From Promethearchaeota archaeon (GTDB taxonomy: Archaea; Asgardarchaeota; Lokiarchaeia; Sigyniarchaeales; SOKP01): DNA of 64,000 nt. The first letter of the stretch is position 1. Each line of letters starts with the position of its first letter. Below the pieces are notes generated by a model that saw nothing but the letters and a program-made list of their open reading frames with translations, had not been told where the DNA came from and did no database searches. The stretch covers positions 1 to 64,000 of the forward strand of contig JBHLON010000004.1 of the NCBI GenBank assembly GCA_048940445.1, written 5' to 3'. Of this stretch, positions 1 to 10,331 are shown piece after piece. The translations under genes and the position numbers were made by a program.

Positions 1-144
1 ACGTCCCATTGTATAATAAAACTCCTTAATAGTTCCTCCAAGGGATTCAGTTAAATTTTTTGCTGCTTCAAAACGTTTTGGAGATTCCTTAATATTAGTG
101 ATACCTTCTTGAGTAAAGTTACCTAGGACTATAAAAAGCGCCAT
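1..144 (-). CDS. GYD-domain protein (5' part; runs off window edge)
   Basis: Not in the ORF track. Manual translation from ATG at 144 gives MALFIVLGNFTQEGITNIKESPKRFEAAKKLTESLGGTIKEFYYTMGR, typical of the GYD family; SD GAGGTGA lies just upstream. Confidence 0.75.
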   Translation of the reverse strand, partial: MALFIVLGNFTQEGITNIKESPKRFEAAKNLTESLGGTIKEFYYTMGR

Positions 145-310
145 TATCTCACCTCAAATATTTATTTAATGTGCAAAATATGCTATGTTTAAGGTATATT
201 TAAATGTAACTTATAGTTTTTTCGCAGAAATAAATTGAATTTGAAAAAATGGGAGGAGCTTTTCATTTTAAAGTTTTGGTACTACAAAATCGATTTAAGA
301 ATATTTTGCT

Positions 311-380
311 TTTTCAAAGGAATTTTCATTGAAATCAGACGCTGTATTTACCTTTCCATCCAATTTTCAAAGAAAATTGG
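311..380. repeat. Dispersed intergenic repeat, copy 1 (AATTTTCATTGAAATCAGAC..TTTACCTTTCCA), followed by the dyad CCAATTTTC-aaa-GAAAATTGG
   Basis: Near-identical to 1781-1835 and 2231-2261; partial copy at 1161-1195. Confidence 0.85.
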
Positions 381-777
381 GACAAAATTTAAAAAGGCTC
401 GAACCGTGCGTCTCCTAAAAAGGAGGAAAATATGTATAAGTGAAATTATAAGTTATTTGCTATATTAAATATTTACAGAATTATCTGGTGGTGGAGTGTT
501 GTATGTCTTCTATAGTTTGGTGGCCTAGATTAGAAGCTTCCACTAGTATTATAAAAGATCTAAATTGTATGGAGCTTTTAGAAAGCTAAAATACTTTTAG
601 TTTTTTATTAAATTTTATCTGAATTATCTTAATTCTTCCATGTTTCTTTCTTTTAATTAACCCAAAATCTTCTAACTTCTTTAAATGACATGAAACGGTC
701 TGTCGTAAATATTAAATACTTCTTGAAGATCTTTTGAGGTTATAGGAAGTTCTCGCTCTTCATTAGCTTAAAATACT

Positions 778-1032
778 TCAACCAATTCCAAGTATCATTT
801 TGCAATGATTACACACAATTATTTGGATGAGTGCCTTACGCCATTTTTCTCTCTTCTTTATAGTGTGTCCACGTACGGGAACATCAAGTGTTAACGTAAA
901 TAAATCTTCGGAGTTCCCACCTACCAAGAATCCCTCTCCCCTTGTGTTTTCTTCGGTTATAAACTTACCTTGTATTTTTATCTCTTTCTTACAGTATGGG
1001 CACAATATATGCTCTGGATATTCCGTTATAAT
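778..1032 (-). CDS. Small Zn-finger protein (CPYC...CNHC)
   Basis: ORF 778..1005 has two CxxC pairs. The frame stays open to 1038, and SD GAGGTGA at 1039-1045 favours an ATT start at 1032 (or ATA at 1029). Confidence 0.65.
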   Translation of the reverse strand: MITEYPEHILCPYCKKEIKIQGKFITEENTRGEGFLVGGNSEDLFTLTLDVPVRGHTIKKREKWRKALIQIIVCNHCKMILGIG

Positions 1033-1213
1033 TACAAATCACCTCTTTGTGCTATCATAGAAATGTTAAATACGTAATAGACATATTTATATTTTGATAT
1101 TTTAGAAATCTTGCATTTCCTATTTATGTGATCATAACATCTGTAAAATATAATAATCAATACCTTTCCATTCCAATTTCATTTGAAATTAGGAAAAAAT
1201 ATATATATACTAT

Positions 1214-1257
1214 TGATCATAATGATCATAATGATCATATTGATCATAATTAGATCA
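1214..1257. promoter_or_regulatory. Tandem 9-bp-period TGATCA array upstream of the RHH gene; probable autoregulatory operator
   Basis: TGATCA at 1214, 1223, 1232 and 1241, a degenerate AGATCA at 1252 and an isolated copy at 1129. Confidence 0.7.
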
Positions 1258-1264
1258 GTAATAG

Positions 1265-1648
1265 GTGTTTAAAATGAGGGATGAAAAAAAAGAGAAATTT
1301 ATTAAAGTCATGGTATCCGAAAAATTATACAAAAAAATAGATAGATATTCACACTTACAACTACAAACTAAGTCTGAATTTATTAGATCTGCAGTAAGGA
1401 GAAGGATTGCTGAAATTGATAAGTCAATCTATCCTAACAAAACAGATCCACCGTTTAAAAAGAACGGTGATCTTAGACGCGATGTCCTGAAAGAACTAAA
1501 AACTTCGCAATCCGCTCACGAGAAAGGAGCATTTCTAAAGAAACCAAGTGAGCAAGAACTCAAAGAACGAGAATTTTTGCTTCAAAAACGGAAGAGGGAA
1601 TTAGAAGAGGAATTAAATAATATAGAAAATGCATTAACAAAGCAATAA
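1265..1648 (+). CDS. Ribbon-helix-helix (CopG/MetJ-like) DNA-binding protein with C-terminal coiled coil
   Basis: FIKVMVSEKLYKKIDRY...TKSEFIRSAVRRRI fits the RHH pattern; the true start may be ATG at 1274. Confidence 0.75.
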   Translation: MFKMRDEKKEKFIKVMVSEKLYKKIDRYSHLQLQTKSEFIRSAVRRRIAEIDKSIYPNKTDPPFKKNGDLRRDVLKELKTSQSAHEKGAFLKKPSEQELKEREFLLQKRKRELEEELNNIENALTKQ

Positions 1649-1780
1649 TCAATTTTATTTATCAGATATTTATACTGAACCTTGAACTCGTCTTTCAAGT
1701 ACTACACACTCGCGTTGTTAAGAAAATGAAATAACAAATAATTTACTAAACCTAATCTTTATCATTCTTTTCTATTTCGT

Positions 1781-1835
1781 TTTTTAAAGGAATTTTCATT
1801 GAAATTAGACTCTGAATTTACCTTTCCAACCCAAT
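1781..1835. repeat. Dispersed intergenic repeat, copy 2
   Basis: TTTTTAAAGGAATTTTCATTGAAATTAGACTCTGAATTTACCTTTCCAAC matches 311-360. Confidence 0.85.
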
Positions 1836-2230
1836 GTTAAAGGGATTTAATATTGTAATTTATGAAAAATATAAGAAGAAGAGACCGTGGATTGATCTTT
1901 CAATCAAGGTAAATGTGAAACAAAATTAGGAAAGTTTCGGAACACTACTCCCCTAAAGCTGTATAGCAGGGAATTAATAAGGTCCTAAGATATTTAATAA
2001 CGCGTGACAGTGAGGGCATGAAAACGCGTAAAATCTCGATAATTTTAACTTAAATTTTTCTTTTATCACAGTATTAGACTCGTTTTCTAGAAATGAAATC
2101 TCTTTCTTACAAAATCCACAAATAAGAATGTAATTTCACCTTCATTGTAATTTTTTTATACAAAGAAATATATCATACTATTTAAGTGAGTAGTATTTCA
2201 GTAATTTATCTTTCAATAATTATTCTACCA

Positions 2231-2261
2231 AATTTTCATTGAAATCAGACTCTGAATTTAC
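2231..2261. repeat. Dispersed intergenic repeat, copy 3 (31-bp core)
   Basis: AATTTTCATTGAAATCAGACTCTGAATTTAC. Confidence 0.85.
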
Positions 2262-2417
2262 ATTTTGTGTAAAACTAATATTAAAGAAAAAATAAAAACT
2301 CTATTCAATATCCATAAGAAACTTTTATCAAATTTGTAAACTTTAAATTCTTAAATAATTGTTTGGATAATTTTAATCATAAGGAACAGATATTTAATAA
2401 AATTTGATGAGTCAAAA

Positions 2418-3008
2418 ATGTTTCATAATATTCCAGAAGTAATAAAGGAGAGAATGAACTACTTGGAAGAATTAGATTCGCAAGATCGCCTGGATGGGAC
2501 CCTGAGAATGGCGAGACTTCGGCAAATCCCTCCTGAAACAGGTAGATTTATTTCAATTTTGGCAGCTATGGCTCCAGAAGGTGTATTTTTAGAAATTGGA
2601 ACCAGTGCAGGATATTCTGCACTATGGATATCATTAGCATGTTTAATTCTTGGAAGAAAGCTAGTAACCTTTGAGATTTTGGAAGAAAAAGCTAAGTTAG
2701 CCCGAGAAACCTTTGAAGCAACGAATTTAGGGGATATAATCGAATTGATTGAAGGTAATGCACTTAATTATATTGTTAATTATGAAAACATCTCATTTTG
2801 CTTTTTAGATGCTGAGAAAGAAATTTATGGAGAGTGTTATGATCTTTTAGTACCAAATATGGTTAAGGGTGGTATTTTAGTTGCTGATAATGCAATTAAC
2901 CATTATGAGACTTTGAAACCAATGTTAGATAAAGCATTAGCTGATAAGCGAGTAGATGCTTTAATTGTACCTATCGGAAAGGGAGAATTGGTTTGTAGGA
3001 AAATTTAA
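2418..3008 (+). CDS. Class I SAM-dependent O-methyltransferase (Methyltransf_3-like)
   Basis: [19 protein letters not shown] and GGILVADNA motifs. Confidence 0.9.
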   Translation: MFHNIPEVIKERMNYLEELDSQDRLDGTLRMARLRQIPPETGRFISILAAMAPEGVFLEIGTSAGYSALWISLACLILGRKLVTFEILEEKAKLARETFEATNLGDIIELIEGNALNYIVNYENISFCFLDAEKEIYGECYDLLVPNMVKGGILVADNAINHYETLKPMLDKALADKRVDALIVPIGKGELVCRKI

Positions 3009-3035
3009 TTTTGGTTTTAAATTCATTTAAATCTT

Positions 3036-3587
3036 TTAGATTTCATTTTTTAGAGGGGTACCACAATAGCTACAAATTAGAGCATCAGGATCAAGTTTAT
3101 TACCGCACACACTACAGAAATAAGGTTTTCCCTTATTATCTTTCTCAATTAATGGAGAATTTATACTTTTTAAGAACTGATCTTTTTTGGAATTAAGTTC
3201 GCTCATCTTCTTGGGCTTTCTAACAAATTGGAGGTACCCAAATATAATACCCCCTATTATTATTAAAGCTAGCAGAAAGATTATAGGAAAGTAGGTAGCG
3301 GGGTAAGTATAAGCTTTACGAGGTAGTGAAAAGGTAAAGATAAAAAATGAGATTATTAGGACGCTGAGAGCAATAATACCACCTATTGAATTGATTTTTG
3401 ACTTTTTAATTTGTGTGTCATAGTAGCATATAGGACAATACTCATACCTTTTTGTGTAAGCATACCCACTACCACCATGCACAGTCTGGTGATAAACCAT
3501 CTTACATTCAAGGCATATTAGTTTAGAGCACTTCTCACATTTAGAATTAGCCTCTCGCTCTGGATGGTAGAAACACTTTAGACTCAT
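3036..3587 (-). CDS. Membrane protein with N-terminal B-box-like Zn finger, 2 TM segments and C-terminal zinc ribbon
   Basis: CFYHP...CEKC...ICLEC, two hydrophobic helices, CSVCG...CSYCG. Confidence 0.8.
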   Translation of the reverse strand: MSLKCFYHPEREANSKCEKCSKLICLECKMVYHQTVHGGSGYAYTKRYEYCPICYYDTQIKKSKINSIGGIIALSVLIISFFIFTFSLPRKAYTYPATYFPIIFLLALIIIGGIIFGYLQFVRKPKKMSELNSKKDQFLKSINSPLIEKDNKGKPYFCSVCGNKLDPDALICSYCGTPLKNEI

Positions 3588-3780
3588 ATTAGATCATTCC
3601 TAAAATATTGGAATTAACCATCTAAAAAGAAGAATAAGATAAACTATTTAACTCTTCTTTTTTGAAAATTATTGATAGGTTAATCCAAAAGCTTATCATC
3701 GCTATATATTGTAATATATTCTACTTTTTTTCTAGTATTTAAGCCTGACTTTAAATACATATTTTTTAATTAATTTACGG

Positions 3781-4383
3781 ATGAGTTTACTATCAAAATT
3801 AATTGAAAATTCTCAAAACTTTGATTGGGGTGTTGATTGGATTATAGAGCTCCTTTCAATTATGTTTATGTTTCTTAAATATATTCTATCTTTTATTTTA
3901 ATCATCTTGGGTGTGTTAGTCTTATTCCGATTTAAAAAAAACTATGCTAAGTATGGTTTTAATGGATATGAAACCAATGGGGAACAGAAAATAGTAGTAA
4001 AGTTTTCCCATGTAATTTTGGGAACGTTTTATATCATTTTTGGAATTGGAATATTATCAACTCTTCTCACGTATTTATTAATTTGGGTGCTTGATCCTAT
4101 TCCAGATAGATATATTTTTATTTATATTAATTCACTTGGTATTTTTAATTCATGGAATACAAACGGCATTATTAACATCAGCAGTTTAACATCAATTGAG
4201 AGATTAATTTTCTATGCCATTGCTTTAGGGTCATTTTTTTCATTATTAGAGATATTAGTTAGTATATGGTTAATTGTAAGCTATAACAGGTTCTATATTA
4301 AGGCTGCAATTACCAACTTAATCATTGGTTTCTCTATTGGCATTTTAACAGGGTTTACAACCTGCCTTCCTCTTCTGTTATAG
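3781..4383 (+). CDS. Hypothetical multi-pass membrane protein
   Basis: 200-aa ORF with ~4 hydrophobic segments. Confidence 0.7.
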   Translation: MSLLSKLIENSQNFDWGVDWIIELLSIMFMFLKYILSFILIILGVLVLFRFKKNYAKYGFNGYETNGEQKIVVKFSHVILGTFYIIFGIGILSTLLTYLLIWVLDPIPDRYIFIYINSLGIFNSWNTNGIINISSLTSIERLIFYAIALGSFFSLLEILVSIWLIVSYNRFYIKAAITNLIIGFSIGILTGFTTCLPLLL

Positions 4384-4471
4384 GGATGTTCATCATCATT
4401 TTTTTATAGAAATTTCGATCTTAATTTTTATTAGGCTAAATATTAAAATTGATTCGGGATGAGAGATTATT

Positions 4472-5275
4472 ATGAAATATATTGATTTAAGTATTCCAAT
4501 AATTAATCCCGAGGAATTGATATTTGATCCGCCATTAACACAACCTCATATCGAATATAGAAATCATGACCGAGGCGCTGAAGAAATGGGATTTGTTTTT
4601 CCTAAATTAAAACCGGAAGAACATTTACCTGATGGGAAAGGTTGGGCTACAGAAACTCTTACTTTAGGAACTCACTCTGGAACGCACATGGATGCCCCAT
4701 GGCATTATGCTCCTATTCAAGATAGAGAAATTTTACAGAAAAAAGCTCTAACAATTGATGAATTTCCATTAGAATGGGGGATTGGTAATCTAATAATGCT
4801 GGATTGCACCGATTATGAAGAGGGATATGTGATGAATCCTGAAGATATTGATCATAAGTTAGAAGCTATCGGACATCAGTTAGGGGAAGGTGATATTGTA
4901 TGTATACATACGAATGCTCCAAAGCATTATGGGACAAAGGAGTATATTACTCATGGGGTTGGAGTCGGAAAAAAGGCAACATTACATATTATTAGGCAGG
5001 GCGTTCACGTTGTTGGTATAGATGCATGGTCGTGGGATGCTCCATTTACTATCACAGCAGTTAAATGGAAAAAATCAATAAAAGAAAAAACACCTAATAA
5101 ATCCTTGATTTGGGAAGGGCATTTTGCAGGTATTGATAGAGGGTATTTCCAAATGGAAAAAATGATAAATTTGGATAAAGTTCCAGCTATTGGGGCTACC
5201 ATTTACTGTTTTCCCATTAAAATTGCCAGGGCGAGTGCTGGTTGGGTAAGAGCAGTAGCTACGATACCAGAATAA
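4472..5275 (+). CDS. Cyclase family metal-dependent hydrolase (kynurenine formamidase-like)
   Basis: HSGTHMDAPWH signature, GIDAWSWD, C-terminal PIKI...VRAVA. Confidence 0.9.
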   Translation: MKYIDLSIPIINPEELIFDPPLTQPHIEYRNHDRGAEEMGFVFPKLKPEEHLPDGKGWATETLTLGTHSGTHMDAPWHYAPIQDREILQKKALTIDEFPLEWGIGNLIMLDCTDYEEGYVMNPEDIDHKLEAIGHQLGEGDIVCIHTNAPKHYGTKEYITHGVGVGKKATLHIIRQGVHVVGIDAWSWDAPFTITAVKWKKSIKEKTPNKSLIWEGHFAGIDRGYFQMEKMINLDKVPAIGATIYCFPIKIARASAGWVRAVATIPE

Positions 5276-5307
5276 TAACAAAAAAAAAGATGTAATAAAG
5301 TATTTTA

Positions 5308-7551
5308 TTATTCTTGAAAGATTTCCTCAACCATAGAATGATCTTCTTTAAAGTGTACCAAAGCTCCGCTCCAATCTTCTAAAATTGTCTGATATTTTGA
5401 TTCAAATTTCTCAACAAATGCTTTTAATCTAGTACGAACTTCTGCGGTTTGCTTTCCTTTAATAAATAATACCCCAAAGATTCGTTTTCCATATTCAATT
5501 AATATCGTAATATCTCCATGATCAATTGTTTTCAATAGGTCTTGTGATTTGGTAGCCTCCTTGATAAACGAAGTAATAGCAGAAATCATCCCTGAAATTA
5601 ATCCAGGATCATGAAAAACTTCTTTAACAAAGCTATAGTCAAATATACCTCTCCCATCATCATAGATTATGTAGAGTCCTTGTTTTTCAACTCTTTCGAA
5701 AATGTAGCTGAACTCAGGTTTTAAGATATCCACATAATTATTATTAAAAAGATATTTTAAGGTAAAGTAAAACCTTTGTTTCTCTTTTTCTTCAAATGGA
5801 ATTATTTCATTCAAAAGTTTATCTTCTCCAAGAGAATTAAGTATATTTTGCACTTCTTCCCTTTCTGAATTTATAGTTTCTTGCGTGATATCTTCATTCT
5901 TTGTTATTAGATATTGTATTTCTCCTCTCTTATAATCATCAATAGTAATATAGTCAGAAATTGAAGAGAAAACTAGTTTCTCCAAATGTTTTTCATCTAG
6001 TTTTAAGTTCTTTGTTTTAAATTCTTTTCGAAGGTAATGAATGATTAAGCCCCAAACAATTATATTAAAAATATATCGAGTAAATATGTAAGGAACTGCT
6101 AAAATTCCCAATACAGGTCCGAGATTCGCCTCTAAACCCGCCGTTCTTAAAGTAAAGAACAAGAATCCAAAGATATCGGTATAACTCGTTTGTCCTGTTA
6201 TCCAATATGTATCAGGTTCAAAATTTATTAGTGCATTTGGACTTCCAGGGAGAACAAAAAACAAAATTGAAAGTCCTATAATAATAGGCATAAAACTTAA
6301 GACTGCTGTAAAAATACTGCGTATATATTTCAAACTGTAGACCATAAAGAATACAGCTATGAGAAGAGAAGCTACAATCAATGTGATAAAAGAAAATATA
6401 TTCATCAGATCAAATCCAAGAGAATAACCTAAACTATGAGTTGGTGAATTGAAGTTAGCAGAATTCCATATATCTGAAGCGTTAGGAAAGATGAAAGTAT
6501 AGAGATTACCGAATAGTAGATAATTAATAACAAAATATATAAAAAATGCCAAGCAGGCAAATACAATACCGTAATACCAATTTTTAGTATCAAATGTTTT
6601 GCTTTCTTGTTTCCTTTTTTTCCACCAGTTTATTATTTTAATAAAGATTAGAATTGAGATAGGCTCAAAGATTTTTAAAAATAAAATGAATATAATTGAA
6701 GCCATTATAAAGTAAGCAAAGAAATAAAAAATAACTAGAATAGATACAACCGATCCAGCTTGAATACCTTCAACGACAAATAGTATTATTGATAATATAG
6801 ATATTGGAGCACCCACAGTATAGAGACTCTTATAGGTTTGAGTCCTTATAGATTCTCCAAAATATCTCCCTTTCAATGCAATTTGAGAACTAAATAGCAA
6901 TTCAATACTAAATATAAAAGTAGCAAGATACACAAATAGTATTTCTAGAAACCACCCAAGGGCGGTTTCACCATTAGTTAGAGAAACTGTTTCTAGATTT
7001 GTTATTCTGAGAATTAGTTGAAGGAGAAATAGAGAAATTGGAAGTAAAACGATAAGTAGTTTTAAAATTTCTTTTTCTCTACTCCAATTACCCTTAATGA
7101 GTTCATTTCTTATTTGCTTAAAAGGACTTTCTTCTAAATGATAAGTTAATCCAGAAAGAGATTCCTTAATAGATGATTTCTCTTTCCGTAATCTATTCCA
7201 AACCAATATGATCGAAATGAAAGGTGCCACAATGAATATGAAAGGAAGGGTAACTAGAGGGTAAGAAGCAAATAATGAGAGGAGTGAGATAAAATGAGTA
7301 ATTATGTAACTAACTCCCAAAGTCGTGTTTCCTTCTTCTCCAGATCCAAGTGTAAGCTCTATTGGAGCTTGTCCTAATTGAAATATTATAGGTAATACCC
7401 AATAAACTATATAAAATACAATTATTCCAAGCAAAATCCGCCCATATAACTTTCCTATTACTCTTTTTTTAATAAAGAAATAGGGAATAATAATTACAAT
7501 AATGGGAATAATATTAAATAAGATAGTTGAGACAATTTCGATGACAGCCAT
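5308..7551 (-). CDS. Polytopic membrane protein with C-terminal cytoplasmic longin-like domain
   Basis: About 11 TM helices, then GLYIIYDDGRGIFDY...LISGMISAITSFIKE...FVEKFESKY, a pattern typical of Asgard longins. Confidence 0.75.
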   Translation of the reverse strand: MAVIEIVSTILFNIIPIIVIIIPYFFIKKRVIGKLYGRILLGIIVFYIVYWVLPIIFQLGQAPIELTLGSGEEGNTTLGVSYIITHFISLLSLFASYPLVTLPFIFIVAPFISIILVWNRLRKEKSSIKESLSGLTYHLEESPFKQIRNELIKGNWSREKEILKLLIVLLPISLFLLQLILRITNLETVSLTNGETALGWFLEILFVYLATFIFSIELLFSSQIALKGRYFGESIRTQTYKSLYTVGAPISILSIILFVVEGIQAGSVVSILVIFYFFAYFIMASIIFILFLKIFEPISILIFIKIINWWKKRKQESKTFDTKNWYYGIVFACLAFFIYFVINYLLFGNLYTFIFPNASDIWNSANFNSPTHSLGYSLGFDLMNIFSFITLIVASLLIAVFFMVYSLKYIRSIFTAVLSFMPIIIGLSILFFVLPGSPNALINFEPDTYWITGQTSYTDIFGFLFFTLRTAGLEANLGPVLGILAVPYIFTRYIFNIIVWGLIIHYLRKEFKTKNLKLDEKHLEKLVFSSISDYITIDDYKRGEIQYLITKNEDITQETINSEREEVQNILNSLGEDKLLNEIIPFEEKEKQRFYFTLKYLFNNNYVDILKPEFSYIFERVEKQGLYIIYDDGRGIFDYSFVKEVFHDPGLISGMISAITSFIKEATKSQDLLKTIDHGDITILIEYGKRIFGVLFIKGKQTAEVRTRLKAFVEKFESKYQTILEDWSGALVHFKEDHSMVEEIFQE

Positions 7552-7655
7552 ATTTGATACTCAGGTTTTTATAATTAAAATTATATTACTTTTAAATTAA
7601 TTTAAGCAATTTCAAATATATTATTCTAGGTATTTTTTAAAACGTACAAATCAAT

Positions 7656-8759
7656 ATGATGAATATGAAGAAAAAATTAGGGTTAATTATTGATGACGAT
7701 TTTACATTAAAGCATGTTCCATTATATCCAAAACCAAGTTTCATTTCTTTTGAAACTCCATTAAGAATTAAATGTGTTATTGACTATTTAAATAAGAAGG
7801 GGATTTTTCAAGATGAGAAGATTGTTAAGATAGAACCAAAAATTATAGATGAAGGTATTCTCTCATTCGCTCATAGTCAATATCACATTGATGCTGTTAA
7901 GCGCCTTTCGAAAATGGGTGGTGGTTTGATTGATGAAGAGGTATTTATCACTCAAGATACCTTTGAATTAGCTAAGAAAGCAGTTGGAGGAACAATTCAA
8001 GCACTTAAGAATGTTATTGAAAATAAAGTAAATCATACATTTGCTCTTATAAGACCTCCAGGACATCATGCGTTCAGAGAAAAGTCTACTGGATTATGCA
8101 TTTTTAATAATATTGCCACCTCCATTTTGTATCTAAGAAATGTCTTAAATTATAAAAAGAAAATTGCGATAGTAGATATTGATAACCACTTTGGGGATGG
8201 TTTGGCTCATTATTTTTATGAGGATCCAAGCGTACTTTACTTTTCAATTCATGAATATGATTTCTCGCAAGCTGACTTGGGATTTATTGATGAACTTGGG
8301 TATGGAGAAGGTATGGGTAAAAATGTCAATTTCCCCGTGCCTGAGGGATTAATAAATGAAGACTTCTATTTATGTTTCGATTTAATCGAATTATTATTAA
8401 ATGAGTTCAAGCCAGACATCATTATTGTAGCAGCAGGGTTTGATATGTACTTTGCTGATCCTATTGGTAACTGCTTTTTAACTAGTGAGGCATATTATAA
8501 ATTTGCTGAATTTATTCTGCAGATTTCTGAAAAAGTTTGTGATGGTAGAATTGCATTTATATTAGAAGGGGGATATAGTTTAATCGGTTTACCGCATTGT
8601 ATTTATGCTACATTAAATGCATTATTAAAGAATGATTTTGAACTTGTTGATTTTGAAAGTTCTGATCTTTTTATAGAATCTAAAAAGGAGCAAATTTTGA
8701 AAATTAAAAATATGTTAAACCAATTGTTGGCTAATCATTGGAATAACTTCTCTCTCTGA
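7656..8759 (+). CDS. Histone deacetylase family (Zn-dependent) amidohydrolase
   Basis: RPPGHHA, DIDNHFGDG, GFD...DP and LEGGY motifs. Confidence 0.92.
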   Translation: MMNMKKKLGLIIDDDFTLKHVPLYPKPSFISFETPLRIKCVIDYLNKKGIFQDEKIVKIEPKIIDEGILSFAHSQYHIDAVKRLSKMGGGLIDEEVFITQDTFELAKKAVGGTIQALKNVIENKVNHTFALIRPPGHHAFREKSTGLCIFNNIATSILYLRNVLNYKKKIAIVDIDNHFGDGLAHYFYEDPSVLYFSIHEYDFSQADLGFIDELGYGEGMGKNVNFPVPEGLINEDFYLCFDLIELLLNEFKPDIIIVAAGFDMYFADPIGNCFLTSEAYYKFAEFILQISEKVCDGRIAFILEGGYSLIGLPHCIYATLNALLKNDFELVDFESSDLFIESKKEQILKIKNMLNQLLANHWNNFSL

Positions 8760-8788
8760 GTATAAAGAAATAGTTAAAATTTATAATA

Positions 8789-9157
8789 CTAAATGTCTCT
8801 ATGTGGTCTATGGGTTTTATATATTAGGTAAATTGCCAAGAATAGTAGAATCTTACTAGAAACCCCAAGAACCAGAAAAAAAAGGCTTAATATGCTTAAT
8901 ATAATAGCCACCGTAGAGCTAGGAAAGCCATAGACTGCTTGTAGCGTATATCCTAAATAAGGATAATTAATTGCAATAATAATTACATTTGACACTATAG
9001 AAATTATTGATGAAATCATTAGATATAATCCATATTTATATGAGTTTTTCTTGTAAATGAAGATAGCAAAAATGAGTATCGCAATATCAAAACTCAGAAA
9101 TATTATGAGGGGTCCATATGTAGAAAACAAACTTATAAAAGGTATCTGTAATATCAC
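8789..9157 (-). CDS. Small hypothetical membrane protein (3 TM)
   Basis: Hydrophobic ORF; SD AAGGAGG upstream of the GTG. Confidence 0.65.
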   Translation of the reverse strand: MILQIPFISLFSTYGPLIIFLSFDIAILIFAIFIYKKNSYKYGLYLMISSIISIVSNVIIIAINYPYLGYTLQAVYGFPSSTVAIILSILSLFFLVLGVSSKILLFLAIYLIYKTHRPHRDI

Positions 9158-9242
9158 GTTTATGCCCTCCTTTTTTAAGGAAATTAATTCTGTTAATTTA
9201 AGTATAGGTATTCAAAATAATATAAAAAGATTAAGAATAATA

Positions 9243-9647
9243 TTAAACCAAATTTTGAAGTTTTAATGCATATGATTGTACTGCAAATAGGGCATCCCGT
9301 GGTCCTACTTGTGGGTTTATATAACAAATTAACGCACCAGTACCTCCAACTGGAACAGGAGCAATTATTATATGTCCTTTACCTGTAATATTAGTACCAA
9401 TTTTACGTTCTTCTGTATTTTCCACAATCATATACTTAAGACCTTGGATTGAAATGCTAGACATTCCTTTTTGACCCAATTCTAATTTAGTTTGCAGTAA
9501 TTCGTTAATAGTTCCAAGATCATGAGATATATCCCAATTTTCTGTTTGAGTAATTAAGCTTCCAGATTGATTTATGACTGCAATGCCAAAAACATTCTGT
9601 TCTTCGTTTAGAAGATCATTTATTATTGATTGTATTTCAGATGACAT
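9243..9647 (-). CDS. Profilin (Lokiarchaeal profilin-1 type)
   Basis: ITQTENW...GLKYMIVENTEERKIGTNITGKGH...INPQVGPRD closely matches Loki profilins as I recall them. Confidence 0.92.
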   Translation of the reverse strand: MSSEIQSIINDLLNEEQNVFGIAVINQSGSLITQTENWDISHDLGTINELLQTKLELGQKGMSSISIQGLKYMIVENTEERKIGTNITGKGHIIIAPVPVGGTGALICYINPQVGPRDALFAVQSYALKLQNLV

Positions 9648-9735
9648 TTTTTCCCAAAACTTTTATTGTCATTTTATTATATAACTGTACAAACAATTCA
9701 TATAAAAAATTAATTTTTACAGATCGGTGAAGTAA

Positions 9736-10296
9736 TTGGCATTTAGATTATTCAAAAAAGCAATTTTAATGGTGTTACGTGAAAAAAGACAATTTATTGT
9801 TTTTTGTTTGATGTATACAATTTTAATCTTCTGGACGAGCTTTTCGGTTGAATTAATAATTAGTGAAGGTTTAGGAATTGCTTCTGTATCTTTTTTCATA
9901 GCGTTAGGAGTTGGAATATTTTTATCACTCCTCTATGCTTGGATTATCGTTAGAAGGAACTCCAAGACCATTGCAACCCTGAAATGCATTGGTTGGACAA
10001 ATAGAGATATTAATTCCCTTGTTTCTGGATTTATTTTATTTACTACAATTCTTGGTTTTATTTTAGTTATTGAAGTCTTATTTCATTATGTAGCAATAGT
10101 TGGGTATTGGGAAGCGTGGGTAGCAGAAGTATATGGGAGTTCATATAATATTGCAAATTTACCATTAGTTAGTTTACTACCAGTTGTAGTTACGTTCATT
10201 ATATTTTTGTTCTTTCAAATAATTGCTATTTTATTGGCAAATAGAAAAGTTTTGAAAGTACGACCTATAGTAGCATTAAAAAGGGTGGGTGAATAA
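9736..10296 (+). CDS. Minimal FtsX/MacB-type ABC permease (4 TM, no large extracytoplasmic domain)
   Basis: RRNSKTIATLKCIGWT and C-terminal KVRPIVALKR are FtsX-domain motifs. Confidence 0.8.
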   Translation: MAFRLFKKAILMVLREKRQFIVFCLMYTILIFWTSFSVELIISEGLGIASVSFFIALGVGIFLSLLYAWIIVRRNSKTIATLKCIGWTNRDINSLVSGFILFTTILGFILVIEVLFHYVAIVGYWEAWVAEVYGSSYNIANLPLVSLLPVVVTFIIFLFFQIIAILLANRKVLKVRPIVALKRVGE

Positions 10297-10331
10297 AGAG
10301 GTGATAAAAGATTCCAGTAGATAAGGATACC

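Noticed and set aside
235-468. 77-aa ORF
   Set aside because: TTG start, no motif, and it runs across the non-coding repeat; probably spurious.
311-2261. CRISPR array (ATTGAAATCAGAC resembles the start of some archaeal repeats)
   Set aside because: Copies are 440-1470 bp apart, there are no regular 30-45 bp spacers, and no cas genes are in the window.
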